From Epiperipatus broadwayi (taxonomy: Eukaryota > Animalia > Onychophora), in NCBI GenBank assembly GCA_028023455.1, contig JAQFVV010000003.1, positions 12,090,001 through 12,154,000 of the forward strand: 64,000 nt of DNA, given 5' to 3'. The position numbers were made by a program, and so were the translations under genes. Of the stretch, positions 51,961 to 64,000 are shown in pieces (positions within the stretch are counted from its first letter, which is position 1; the number at the start of each line of letters is the position of its first letter). Under the pieces are notes generated by a model that made no database searches, was not told where the DNA came from, and was given only the letters and a program-made list of their open reading frames with translations.

Positions 51961-52314
51961 ACAAATATATATAATTATACTATAGTAAGTCTTAATTACT
52001 TTTTTTTTTCAAGCAAATAATTTAGGCGACGTGTATATATTAGTGATATTAATCCTCAATAGACGAACAATCCTGTTAAAAGTTGCTAAATTTAGAAATA
52101 TTTTTTTAATGGTTTTTAATAAAACATTTTACTGCTTATGACAGATATTATTACTATAATTTGCTAATAATTAACGTCTATGATAAAAAGATAAAAACTT
52201 TCCTATACTCAAACATTTAACATAAAACAATAAAAATCAAAGTTTTAGAATTCTCTTTATAAACCTCGGTATAATTTTTTTAAATCTGAACTACTTTGAA
52301 CCTATTTATATATA

Positions 52315-52393
52315 TGTCAAACGCGTTGACCGGGAAGCGAACCCGGGCCAGCTGCTTGGAATGCAGCTATGCTAACCACTAGGCCATCAACCT
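52315..52393 (-). pseudogene. tRNA-Gly(TCC)-like pseudogene or SINE member
   Basis: 72-nt cloverleaf-like sequence (52393-52322) with anticodon arm GCTGC-ATTCCAA-GCAGC and T-arm CCGGG-TTCGCTT-CCCGG. The first two acceptor pairs are broken, and C32 and A58 are substituted. Followed by TTTGACA, as in the SINE copies. Confidence 0.75.
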
Positions 52394-53289
52394 TGAACTT
52401 ATTTAAGAATAAGTACATAACAAAAATATTTAATATATTTTGAATGATAATTTGTTTATTAAAAAAAAATTAACAAAACCTTAAAGCAATCATATATATA
52501 TAACATTTTATCTTGTTCATTACAGTATGTTCTTTGCATTTTTATAGATCTGCATGCTCTGTGTGTTTTAGGGCAATGGTAGAATGGTCGATTTCAGAAC
52601 TAAAGATTCCTGTATTGAAACTCGGAGTTACTTCTTTTAATCAAATGATACATAAACTCCTAATCAACAAATCTTTATTATTTACACATTAACATTCACT
52701 TTACAATAATTTATATTATCTTACCATATGTTAATAGTTTTGAACATTACCATTGAATATACGCAAATAATTATAAAATATTTTATACTAATACTCCTTC
52801 TTTTTGTTGTTGTTGTTTATTTGTTTAATTCTTTTTTAAAAAAAAAAAGTAGTTATTTTAATATGCGTTTTTTTCTTCATTCTTTTATGATTTATGATTT
52901 GTTTTTGTTTTATAAAATATTTAATTAATTATTAATTCATGAAACAAACGCAAAAATAAATAAACAGTACATTTTTGTGTATGAATCTAAAATATACAAC
53001 TTTTGTGGTATGAAAAGAAACATTATTTCAAATCTGAAGTTTTTGAAATGAAAACCACAGTTCAAACAGAATGTGTTACTTACAACCCCCCCCCCCCATT
53101 TTATAATTGGTTCTTGGAACAATTTATGGATTACTTTGAAACAGGTGCTTACAAGCAAAAAGTAGAATTTTATTTTTTTGACTTCTAGTTTACTATTTGT
53201 GATGATTGTGTTATTCTTGACAAATTCATAGCTCTATGGAATATTCTTAATGTTTTGAATACATCTTATAAAAATTTTGGTTTCCTAAT

Positions 53290-53560
53290 TAATATTTAAA
53301 GTGCTTTCTGAGTGAGTGAATGAAGAAAAATCTTCAACATATTTTACCTTAAATGGTTATCTACTTGAGCATATGAATCAGTTTAAATATTTGATAGTTT
53401 TAAGACACAAAGTCAGACTTAGATGTTGAAGTGTACCAGAGACTACAATGTACAGCTATATTTAATGATTTAAAAGATATTTTATCATAGTGAATTACCT
53501 ACTGCAACTAAACTGCTACTCTATCAAATTTATTGATTTAATATAGATTCTAAAAAAAAA
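53290..53560 (+). mobile_element. RTE-like LINE RT fragment
   Basis: FTLNGYLLEHMNQFKYL..DVEVYQRL, cf. G..LE.V..FKYLGS...D.EV..RI. Confidence 0.45.
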
Positions 53561-55576
53561 AAAAAATGATATAAAGATGTTTTATAAAATTTCTGAAAAT
53601 ATAGTAACAAGATCCTAAGATCATTTGATATGTGAATGTTTTATTGTAAGATAAAGTCTTTATTAATTTGGCTTATTGCAGACTTTTTATGCTAAATTGA
53701 CAATAGTTTCATGGGGAAAATGGACATATTTATGATAGATTACATCAAAGAAACTCTAAGGAGATGCAATATTGGTCGTTTTTTTTAGAGATGCAATATC
53801 TAGAGATAGAATATAATAGAGAAATACTATTAAACAAGATGTTGAAGATTTTCAGAAAAAAATGTTAGCAGTGATGTTTATTAAAGAATCGGCATGTGCG
53901 TGAACTTATTTTTAACTTTTAATCCTTTGTTTTTCTGACATTTTTTTTTTGTTAAGAGTTAGAATGACTTTATTTATGTATGGCTGTTAATGATGAAAAT
54001 ACTGTTTATACATACTTATCATTTCTATAAATTTATCTATCTTGTACCCTCAGCAATTGTATGCTTGTAAACTTCCAAAGCTTAAAGAATAGATGGTCCA
54101 TTTCATTTTTGATCCTTATTAAATATAGTATTCTATATTCTTAGTTTGAGAACTGGTTTGCCCCCCTTATTTACATAAATATATATATATATATTATTAA
54201 GCTATGTTAATTTCATGTTTACGATATATATATAATGTCAGTAGTTTATGCACTATACTTTAATAGCATCACCTTGCTTCCTCACAGTGTGTATTTTTTT
54301 ATGTTAGAATATTTTGTAACTATATTGTCCTATTTCATGAATGAGAAATCTGAGAATACTATGACTGAAACAAGTTAGGGAGAAGACAAAAAATGATAAC
54401 ATGCAATGTATATATAGTCATCAGTAATTTATATATATATGCATCTTTATGATGTAATTAGCTCATTTTAGATTTGAAAATATTATGAAAAGCTGTAAAT
54501 ATAATAGATGATAAAATAAATTGTGTAACGAAATTGCAAGGTATAGCAAACTAGCATAAACAATGATAAAGTGTTGCCATTTTAGCATAGTATTCATTTT
54601 TCTGATTGCTTCGCCCCTTTATTGGGTAAAAATTTAGTATACTTATATAAGGATAAAAGACTTCATATTACAATAATTGTACCAGTAGCATATTATCAAC
54701 CATATATATGGCTTGGGATTGAATCTAGTCTGAATCCACTTAAAAATCTTAATATGCCTTTTTTTTTTCAGTTAATTGATCCATAGACAATCCAACTGAC
54801 TATCCAGTATTGATCTGGATATGGCTATCTGGACATTCTTAGATAGAGGGAAGATTACTCAATCTTGTTTCACTCCGTAATTAATAAGGCTGGTGAGTAT
54901 TGCCTTCCCCTTCACTGATCCTCTCTGAGGGGCTGTAGTGATCTATTTAAAGACCTATTTACATAAGAATAACTTTGATAACAAATGTTAATAATTAATG
55001 TCAGTTAAAGTCAAGATAATGTTATATGTGGTTGTTGTTAAGTGGCAATTTTAAGTTCTTGTTATTGAAAAACAAATTCAGATTAGTGGAATGAATTTAT
55101 CATGTATTATGTTTAGATTTTTTTTTTTAAAAAAAAAATAATTTTTATGAGTGTTACACAGAGATTGGACTGTATATGAAATTTGAACCAAATCACACAA
55201 AAAAAATAGTGAAAAAAATGGCAACTAATAACATGATTTAGAGTCTTTACTTGATTTTATTGGCCTTTGTCAGTCTCTTGAAATCATAACTTTTTCTTTT
55301 ATCATAATACTTAACTTATTTTGATCTATCATGTCAGCCATGGTTGAGATATTTATTATTAAATTCAACAACTCACAGAAGGAAAACTTTTTGAATTTTA
55401 ACATGTCTAACATCAGTATAGCTTTATACTATGAAAAGAAATATCATTGATGGAATGCTTTAATACTTTGCTGAGCTGCAAAAAATGTGGGAGAAGATAT
55501 CAGAGATAAAAATTAGTTGATCCTAAAGGATGACTTAGTATTAATAAAAAGAATATAATTTTCAATATCTTTAAAA

Positions 55577-55942
55577 CAGGAGTCCCCAACCCTATGCCCG
55601 CGGGCACCATGGCACCCACAGACCATTTTATGTGTGCCCTCCATTATGCAGACATGCTAAAAAATTATTTATCTGATACAAAATGTAATTTTTTAAAATT
55701 TCTTATAAATTATTGTATTATATTGTAATCAAATTGTAGGGCATACTATACTTTTACAGCGTAAAAATATAAGCGTTAATTATATGTTAAAATTTTATTT
55801 TTGAAATAAATATTTTTTTGTACATTATGTGTATTATTAACAATATCCAACTATAAATTTACATTGAAAAAATAATTGGTGCCCACCACCTGGCCGGTAT
55901 TATAGAATATACTCTTAAGTGCAAAAAGATTGGGGGCCCTTG
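55577..55942. mobile_element. hAT (Charlie-type) MITE, 366 bp
   Basis: Imperfect TIRs CAGGAGTCCCCAACC / GATTGGGGGCCCTTG. Perfect TSD CTTTAAAA at 55569-55576 and 55943-55950. Confidence 0.85.
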
Positions 55943-56049
55943 CTTTAAAATGTAGTTTTAAAAGCTTGTGAGTATATATCAGGAAAATTTGCTAACTTTA
56001 TTTAACTGAAGTAGGAATTAAGGAGCTAGTGCTTTAAATATATATATAT

Positions 56050-57900
56050 ATTCTACCGTCCCCTATGTGCTATTGCACCGGCTCCCTATTAAACCGCTCC
56101 TAAAAGGGATTGTGAGCTCCAAAACAAACATGATACAGCGTAAAGATTTATTTATTTTTTCTTATATCAATAGTTGTTCATTATCAACACAAGAGGGCAC
56201 CAGATACGATGATTTGATTCATAATTTAATTTCTCGCATCACCTTACGTCATATCAAAACGATTTTGAAGTCTAATCCCTGCCCATAAGCTCAAACTCCC
56301 AGCATGGACCAATAGGGGTCACTCAGGGTCGCGATGTGATTGCCTTCAAGACTATTATTCCGGCAAATGACACAATATTAACCAATGGATAAGAAGATCG
56401 GTTGATTGACAGATCGATCCAAGCATTGGACGGGATCATTGGTTATTTATAACTAATACGAATGTTCGGTTGAGGCATCATTAGAATAAACAACTAGACG
56501 TTTATAATATCATCCCCCCTTTATCATACAGTCCAATAGAATTATTTATACTAGCTCTATCGACATTTACTTATATTTATTAATAATAGGCCCTCCCAAC
56601 TCTTAAATCTATGTTAACTACATAATAGGTAAACATCGTGACTTACGGCACGATGTTTATGAATGAAATTTAAAAGAAATAAAAACAAAAGAAAAATATA
56701 AGGAAGACCAATTTAAAAGTAAAATAATTAATTGTATGAATAAATGCTAACAATAATAATAACTTCAAAAAATATATATTTAATTATAGAAATGATTTGA
56801 GGAATGCTCGACTAGTTTAAATTAAAAAAAAATTTATTGATTATAAAAAAAAATGAAACATTGATTAATAACTTTATTTACACGCACATACGCGCATTCT
56901 CGCACTCGCACAGAAAAGAACATATTATGCATAATAAACATGGCTGATAAAATATATTTCCTCTTTTTACATTTTGAAAGTAGGTATGTGTTATAGTTTA
57001 TCTGCGAAAGAAAATAATAATTAGGATCAAAGTTCATAACTGGAAAAGTCCTAAGATTTAAATATGATGGACTATGTAGCGTCTGATATTTTTATTTACG
57101 AAAGTTGAGATTAAAATAATAAGATTTAAATATGAGAGATTATGGATCATTTTATATTTGATTTACGAAAGTCGAATTTAATTAATTATGAGATTGCCTT
57201 TTAAGTTTACGTAAAGAATGAATGGAAGCATTATAAAAAAAAATGTTTACCTAGGATTTTGCTTAGTCTTCTGCTGCTTCTAATTTGGGAGGGTTCGAAC
57301 CTGATAGATGATGTTTCCATAATACATGGTTATTCATTTCACATAAGTTCAGCGTAGTATGTTTGGACGATTCTTGTATATTAAACGGAACAACGTCCTT
57401 AGACTGATTGGAGCATTATGTTCGGACGGAACTGTTGTTGATCATCCATAGCTGCGGAGATGTTCTGGCGGTGGAGCGTCGGTCAATCACTGAAGGGTTT
57501 TCTAGCCCATCATGACGATCGACGCTCTAAATGTTAATTTCACAGTGATCATATTGGATAAACCGGATCGCAAAAAAAAGAAAAGTTCTAGTTGTAGCTT
57601 CCGGAGGAATCTAGGAAAAAACTATAAGCATAAGCATAAATACAAGCAACACCAAAAAAAAAGGGGTGTAAAAAGACACAAAGACTTCTTCTCTAGATTT
57701 AGATTCATATTTATATGGGTTGGTTATTATCTGAGGATCGAATCTCCACCCAGAGTTCCATATTCTTTGAGTTGTCGTTGGGGTCCGTGTCCTACGTAAT
57801 GTCCACTCAATCCATATGCTTGAGGCAATCTTAGGTTTATGCAATCTCATATTACAATCTCAGTTAGAAACAATTCATACTTATTCACACCTTTTATGCA
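56050..57900. promoter_or_regulatory. CpG-retaining island, probable promoter or 5' region
   Basis: Many CpGs against a depleted background. CRE-like TTACGTCA (~56245), several CCAAT/ATTGG boxes (56308-56445) and a minus-strand donor at 57250. Confidence 0.4.
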
Positions 57901-60079
57901 TACATGTGTGCGTGTTTTAAGAGAACAATTTAACTTACATTAGTTTAAAAGTCGAGCATTTAATCTGTCTCAAAATCACTTCTATAAGCTTTTAACTTTC
58001 ACTACAGTTATAATCTAAAACAAACCCCTTTTTAATTACCCCCGCGGCATATACAAGTAGAAATCACTTATTGAGATTTAAAATGGCATATTAGTAATAT
58101 TTTATATTTTATTATTATTTTTTTTTTTTTAGAGAATATTATTATAGTAGATTATATGAAAGCCTTAAACTATTTAATCAGAAATATTAACATTTTATTT
58201 TACAGTGTATTTTATAACGCATTGAAAGAAAACTACATTTATTATTATTATTTTCCTTTTTCATAAGTTGAAAGTGAAAGAAGAAAAAATATAGAGTGTT
58301 TACATTGCTCGTGTGTGTGCGTATATACCTGTACCGACTTTGTCTCGGTACAATATATATATATATATTGTCAGCATCTTTACTTTACTGATTTTTTTCA
58401 ATAGAAAAATGTCTATATATCAAGATTCTAGCAGACCTGCTTTGAATAGATATGAGAAGAATATTTGAAGAATAGAGGGATTAGCAATGGAAAACTACTT
58501 AGATTGAGAAAAAAAAAGTTCAGATGTTTTTTGGGAATATTTACTTTTCATAAAAAGTCATCTGGTAACTTGCTTGGGTTGATGTAAATGAATTGTTGGA
58601 TTTTTTTTTTCTATCCTAACTAAAAATCAATCAATCTTTAGTTTTCTTTTTTCCAGATTTGAACCTCTAGGCTATAGACATGGTAGTATCCACCAAAATA
58701 TCACTAATGCATATATTATCAATATGCTGAGGATTTTTTTTTTTTAAAGTTAATATTGTTTCTATATAAGTTCTTTATTCATTAACATAGATAATATTTT
58801 GATATGTCTTCCAATACAAGCCAAATTGTTTTTAATGCTCAACAGTTCTTTTTTTGTTGTTGAACATTTTCAGAGAAAATACCAATTACAAAGAGGAGAA
58901 AACTTTAGCAACAACAGTAATTAGATTTACTTCAATTTAATAGATATGTTTGATGTTTGTTTGATTAGATATTAAGTTCATAAAAGAGTTGGTCTAATTT
59001 TATTATATTACTAATAGGTAGTCTTTAAAGTGTTGAAAAGTGATGGCATAGCCTTTATTAAAAGTGTTAACATTCCTATGAAAAGACATTCTATTCTATT
59101 CATATATGTAGTCAAATAGTTCATTTAAAGTCCTTTTTTCATTCTTCCACAAAGGCATAGAGGAGAATACATTAGTTGGTCTGTCTAGTTAACTCTTCAC
59201 TGGTGAGGATTTTACTTTCTTTTATTCTTTATCTAAGATTATCTAAATATCCATTTTCTTATCAGTAATTGATAGGTAGTTTTTTTGAAAACTCCAAATT
59301 ACCTGAAAAAATTTCTTTAACTTAAGATCCTGTTATTAGTAGAATAACGAACTAACTACTGCATCTCTATTTATAAACTTAATAAATAATATTTAAATAC
59401 AAATGTATTATCTATACTGAACTTATTGTATGCTTTTTTTTTATTATTGAAAGTTTGTTTTCTATGTTTTTATGTTTACATTCACCAAGGACAGTTATCA
59501 TTATTTTTTTTATGTGTATCAAATTTATTTTGAAAACTTATTTTGTACAAGAGTGGGATATTGTTATATATAGAGTTGTATCTTATAACTGAAGGATAAA
59601 TTCTATATCTTTGATCTAATAGAAGTTATTGTTAAACTATTTACGCTTAATCGGTTTAAAATCATGACATTTTCATTTTCCTAAATAGTCTCATAAAAAT
59701 GATACTTGTCATTCTACATAACCAAAATATAAATGTAGTAAATTGATATTACTGATTGTCTTGGTGTGGGTGGAGAAGGAATGGAGACTTGAAGGAGGGA
59801 TTTTTTTTCTTCTTGGAATTTAAAAAAGAACTTTTATTTAAATTTTACACTAAATTATATACTTATAAATTTATCTTTCAAAAGTAACCTTTATTAGTAA
59901 AAGGATTACAAAAATTTTGGGTACCCTTACCCATTGAGAATTACAAAGTGTTCAATGTGACAAACAAGGTAAAACAATTATTGATTATATAAAGTAAATA
60001 TTCTTGATAACAATTATGTCCATTAAAGAATTGCTATAATGTTGATATTAATGTGTATCTGAACATGAGTATCTATACA

Positions 60080-60700
60080 TGGATCTACATGGCCCAGCTA
60101 CTGAGAAGCCATCCATCACCCAATGATCCCACCCCTGGGGCCTCGAAGCAAAGACCCAAATACTTCAGCTGAATAGGTGGACAAGTCCAGCATTGCGCCA
60201 ACCACCACAACAGGCAGCGAGGTCCAAGGCTCAAGTCCATTGAATAATAAATTCTCGACCAGCAGCCGAGCCATGTCAAGACCATTCCAGATGCCTCTGT
60301 CTCCCAATCAACAGTCCAAATGTGCAGGACCACATTCGGTCTACCTGCCCAGAGTTGGAAAGCCAACTAAGAAAAACACACATAGCGAGCACAGATCTGC
60401 ACTGCCTAAACCAACCTATCAAGAGGGCACAGCAGCCAACCAGAGCAGGAATGGTGCTGAGACTTTGACCAAGTATCCTCCCAGCAGGTTTTCCAGGTAG
60501 CGGCAATAATTGTAAACAGCCTGCACCAAAGAACCAGCCTCCTAACGACCGCCACCACCCCCGAGGAAGGAAAGAGGAGTGCAGACCCATGCCCGGAAAA
60601 TTATTGCAGCAAAGCCTCCATCAAAGTTACAAAATTTGGAGGTGGGCCAAATCAGACCACCCACCTTACAAACTCTCTAATTTTAAAGTTAACCAAAGAA
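60080..60700 (+). mobile_element. Probable non-LTR retrotransposon ORF1 (gag-like zinc-knuckle) remnant
   Basis: GC-elevated, A/C-rich plus strand. ORF 60177-60500 contains SKCAGPHS..KNTHSEH.A..P.Y.E, resembling eroded C..CAGPH / NC...H knuckles of Jockey/I/R1 ORF1. Confidence 0.4.
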
Positions 60701-63700
60701 AAAAAATGATTAGCTCAAATCAACCCTGCCATAATAAACAAACCATCAGGGGGTTGAAACAGCCTCCAAAGTCTGCTTCATTGTTGTTAACTCTTGATAT
60801 GTGTCATATATTCTAAATACTAGTTCAACTCATCCGACTGCAAGGTTCTCCAGGGATTATGATCTAGCTTATATATTTCCATTTGGTTATTCCAATTATG
60901 CACAGAGTGATTAGCATTGTAGGATTCTTGCTTATTGTTTGGTTGTACAGTAGAGCTGAATGGCAATCTACCTGTTATAGTAACTAGTTTCTGTAACCAT
61001 GTTGTGGACTTGATTGTAATAGGATTCCAACTGGGACTCTTGTATTGATCCTATTTGAATTCTGCTTATCTTAATTGAAATCTAGGTCTTGATTAGTAAT
61101 CAAGGTTTCAATTGTGTAGTGTAAAAGTTTGTAATCTTTGGATTATTCCTAATCATTGTTGGATTAAAGGAGTTGAGTGAATTGCAGCTTCAATATTTTT
61201 GTTTGGTTCTATACCATCATTTGAACTTGTTTTTATCTTTAAATCATTGTTTTTTGGCTCAGCAAACACTTCGTTCTAATTCTGTGTCAATTTGAAAGTT
61301 TTCTATTTTTGTGGTGCCCCAATCGCTCTGGAAGTAGCCCAGTAACTTTGATCTAATCATCAGAAAAAATTAATTCTTGTGCAGCGAGATGGCTTAAAAC
61401 ATCTATAATGTTTGATTCTAAAATTGAGATCGAATTCATATTTAAAATAATTCCCCCTCCTGCACTGTTTTACTGCATTCAGCCATGATGATATCGTAAC
61501 TTTTTTCTTATGAACGAATTAACGCTGGGTTCTTTTTTTTTTTAATTTCCATAGGTTTATGATTACTTTTGTATCTAGTTTGTTTCTTGGTCTATTTCCT
61601 GTTTTTCCTGATTTGTTTGCAGCTGTAGAATCTTGCTATATCTGATGCTATTGTGAAATTCTTGAGACTATCTTTATTAAGCTTTTTTTTTTTTTTTTTC
61701 CATTTTCAATAAAATTTGACCCGCCAACTATATCTCAATCCTATCATTAAGCTTAGGATTTCTAGTAACTTTTTTATTTATTTATTTGGTTTTGTTTTAA
61801 AATCTTTTTCCTTAGTTTTATTCTTGCTCAAGTGATTCTAAGATTTCCTTGTACTGGCTTTTGCCTTTTTTAATGGCAGCCATTTGCATAGAATGATACG
61901 ATTGATAATTTCAAATACTTTAGAGTGAAAACTGATTTAAAATTTCTTGTAAAGGTGATGAAATGATAAAACAAGTACTCACCTACATCTTGGCAAACTT
62001 TTTTCCCCATAAACTCAATCTTGAAAGCATAATGAGTCTCATTCTTCTGGTGCCAGTGAACAGTCAACTGCTCCAGCTGGCAACAGGAAGTGGACTGCAG
62101 CTTACTTATAAATTTATTGTTTATGAAATATTAAATTTATTGAAAACTTATTAAACTCTTCCTTTCCCGGTTCTCCAATTGATAGCTATCATTAAAGGTT
62201 TTGCTAATTAGTAATGAATTGATAAAGAGGGAAATATTCGGGAATGGGAATGGGCATAAGAATCAAATGGATTCTGTTGTCTTAATTTGTTTTTGAAGAT
62301 TAATTAGTAGAGAAATAATTTGACTCTATTTAAAAAGAGATGTAAGGAAGCTTTTGAACCATTTATCGAGAAGAGATCAAATCAATGTCCATGTAATGTG
62401 TTATCTTAAAAAGAAAGAAATGTTTAAGCAGTATGAAGAGAATATATTTAATACATGTAGAGTTCTTATCATCATCCTCTAATAAGCTTCAAAATAATTT
62501 ACTTTTTAATGAGATGATTGATAGAGTCTATTTAATAAGGTTCTTACTATGACTAAGGACTAATACTTAATAATTAGTTGCCCTCTTAATTAACATATCC
62601 ACAATTATAGGACATCATAAAGTTTAAATAGTCATGATTAAGTTGCATAGGAAATTGTAAGAAGATATAAGGTTGAATTATGGGGTCAGTTTATGCAGAA
62701 GTTTGTTATCAGGCTCACTACTACTTTTTTTTTCTAGGTGATTATATAAACACTATCTAAACTAAAAATATATATAGACATAGAAAGAAAGTTCTGGAGA
62801 TCATGTGATATTTAAGAAATTCAGGTGGTAGAGGTTAAGTTCAACACTTTCAGTCAGTTGATCAAACAGAGTTTTTTTTTTATTTCATTCAGTTGGGAAT
62901 CGATATGGGACCTTTTAACTTGATCTGCCACAAATTAAGTCTAGCTGGGTTAGTAATGCATCAAATACAGACTTTGAACACAAGAATCATGATATATCCA
63001 ACACAATAATCATTGCATCACAATGCCTTTTATAAAAAATCATTTGAAAAAGATCTTGACAATTTAAAAGAAATTGATTGTGTTCAGGGCTGAAAGGAGA
63101 CAGTATACAAGGTAAGCAAGGCACAAGTTTGTTGATACAAGAGGGGTGCAGAAGTAGTGCAGAATTAAGAATACATTTATTTTTGTTCTGTTATGAATAT
63201 TAATTATTACGATTTGATTCATTATTTTTAATGAAATAAGGAAATATAAACATAGTAAATAAATAATTACTTCATGAAATAAGATTTGTCAGTTATAATT
63301 TTCTATGGTTTGTTTTTTCTTATGGTATTCTCGGTTATATCTTCTTACACTGGGTTTATTTAAATCACATTGCTATGCGACACAAAAATGGAAGTCTGTT
63401 TTTTATGTCATTTTTATATATATTGGATAGTTATTTGGTATTTGTAAAATAATAATAAATATAACTTCAAAAATTTTTATTGACTTATAATAAAAATAAT
63501 ATTTTAAATTTACCATATCAAATAAAATTAAAAATAAACAACAAGATGTCTGCCTGTACTTTTAGAGCATTTGAAATTCTTGTAGCAATGTTGATTTAGT
63601 TTTAAAAACATACATGTAAAAAAAAAAAAAAAAAGAAGAATAATGTAATAAAATGCATAATATTATATATATGGTTAAATTAGTTAAAGTAGAATCACTT

Positions 63701-64000
63701 AAAGCAATATTTTTATTAGTGTACACATAATGGAAAAGCTAAATAGTGACAAACTTTTAATGTAATTAAATGTGTCAACACATGTATGAATGTTTATGTT
63801 TCTTTGATATATTTAAATATAAAAGAATACCATTTTAAAATATTTAGGTAGTTATTTTAAATCTGAAATACAGTTTTAAAAGTAATTGAATTCCTCTATA
63901 AACAATTAAGTAAGAATTGCCTAAAACTAGTGAATTTCATTTCTTAGAAAATTAATAATTATCTTATTTGGATCTTTAAAAATGGGGGGGGGGGGGACAT

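Noticed and set aside
57399-57449. Minus-strand MDDQQQF, reminiscent of the lola/BTB N-terminus MDDDQQFCLRWNN
   Set aside because: It continues RPNIMLQSV-stop. No frame or splice restores CLRWNN or a BTB domain.
58942-58954. AGATATGTTTGAT, identical to the 5' part of miR-190
   Set aside because: The match stops after 13 nt and there is no complementary star arm nearby.
60085-60366. Minus-strand ORF with LKYLGL resembling an RT motif
   Set aside because: There is no YADD-like or QG motif in proper context, and strand composition favours the plus strand as sense.

Overview
Very AT-rich, CpG-depleted eukaryotic genomic DNA. The transposon mix (Buster/Charlie hAT, pogo- and piggyBac-like MITEs, RTE, Jockey/I, L1/Tx1, Penelope, Ty3/Gypsy, tRNA-SINEs) suggests an invertebrate, probably an arthropod (inference). 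No complete host gene, rRNA, intact tRNA or CRISPR array can be supported, and most ORF-track entries are chance AT-rich frames or TE remnants. Best-supported content: a dead hAT transposase element (15262-17745); three hAT MITEs with perfect 8-bp TSDs (3302-6227, 23185-24765, 55577-55942); a three-level nested insertion inside the first MITE; a Penelope GIY-YIG fragment inside the second; a 1.6-kb solo LTR; a TA-flanked pogo-like MITE; a decayed Arc-like Gypsy gag; a tRNA-Gly-derived SINE family; and two long, near-perfect fold-back palindromes (26119-26324, 42264-42562). Three CpG-retaining islands (~20.4-21.0, 32.4-34.7 and 56.0-57.9 kb) look like promoters or regulatory DNA. The latter two carry candidate short exons with canonical splice sites that I cannot assign to a known protein. 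I found no convincing new biological system. The leads most worth checking are the hairpins, the cargo-carrying hAT MITEs and the unassigned exon candidates.
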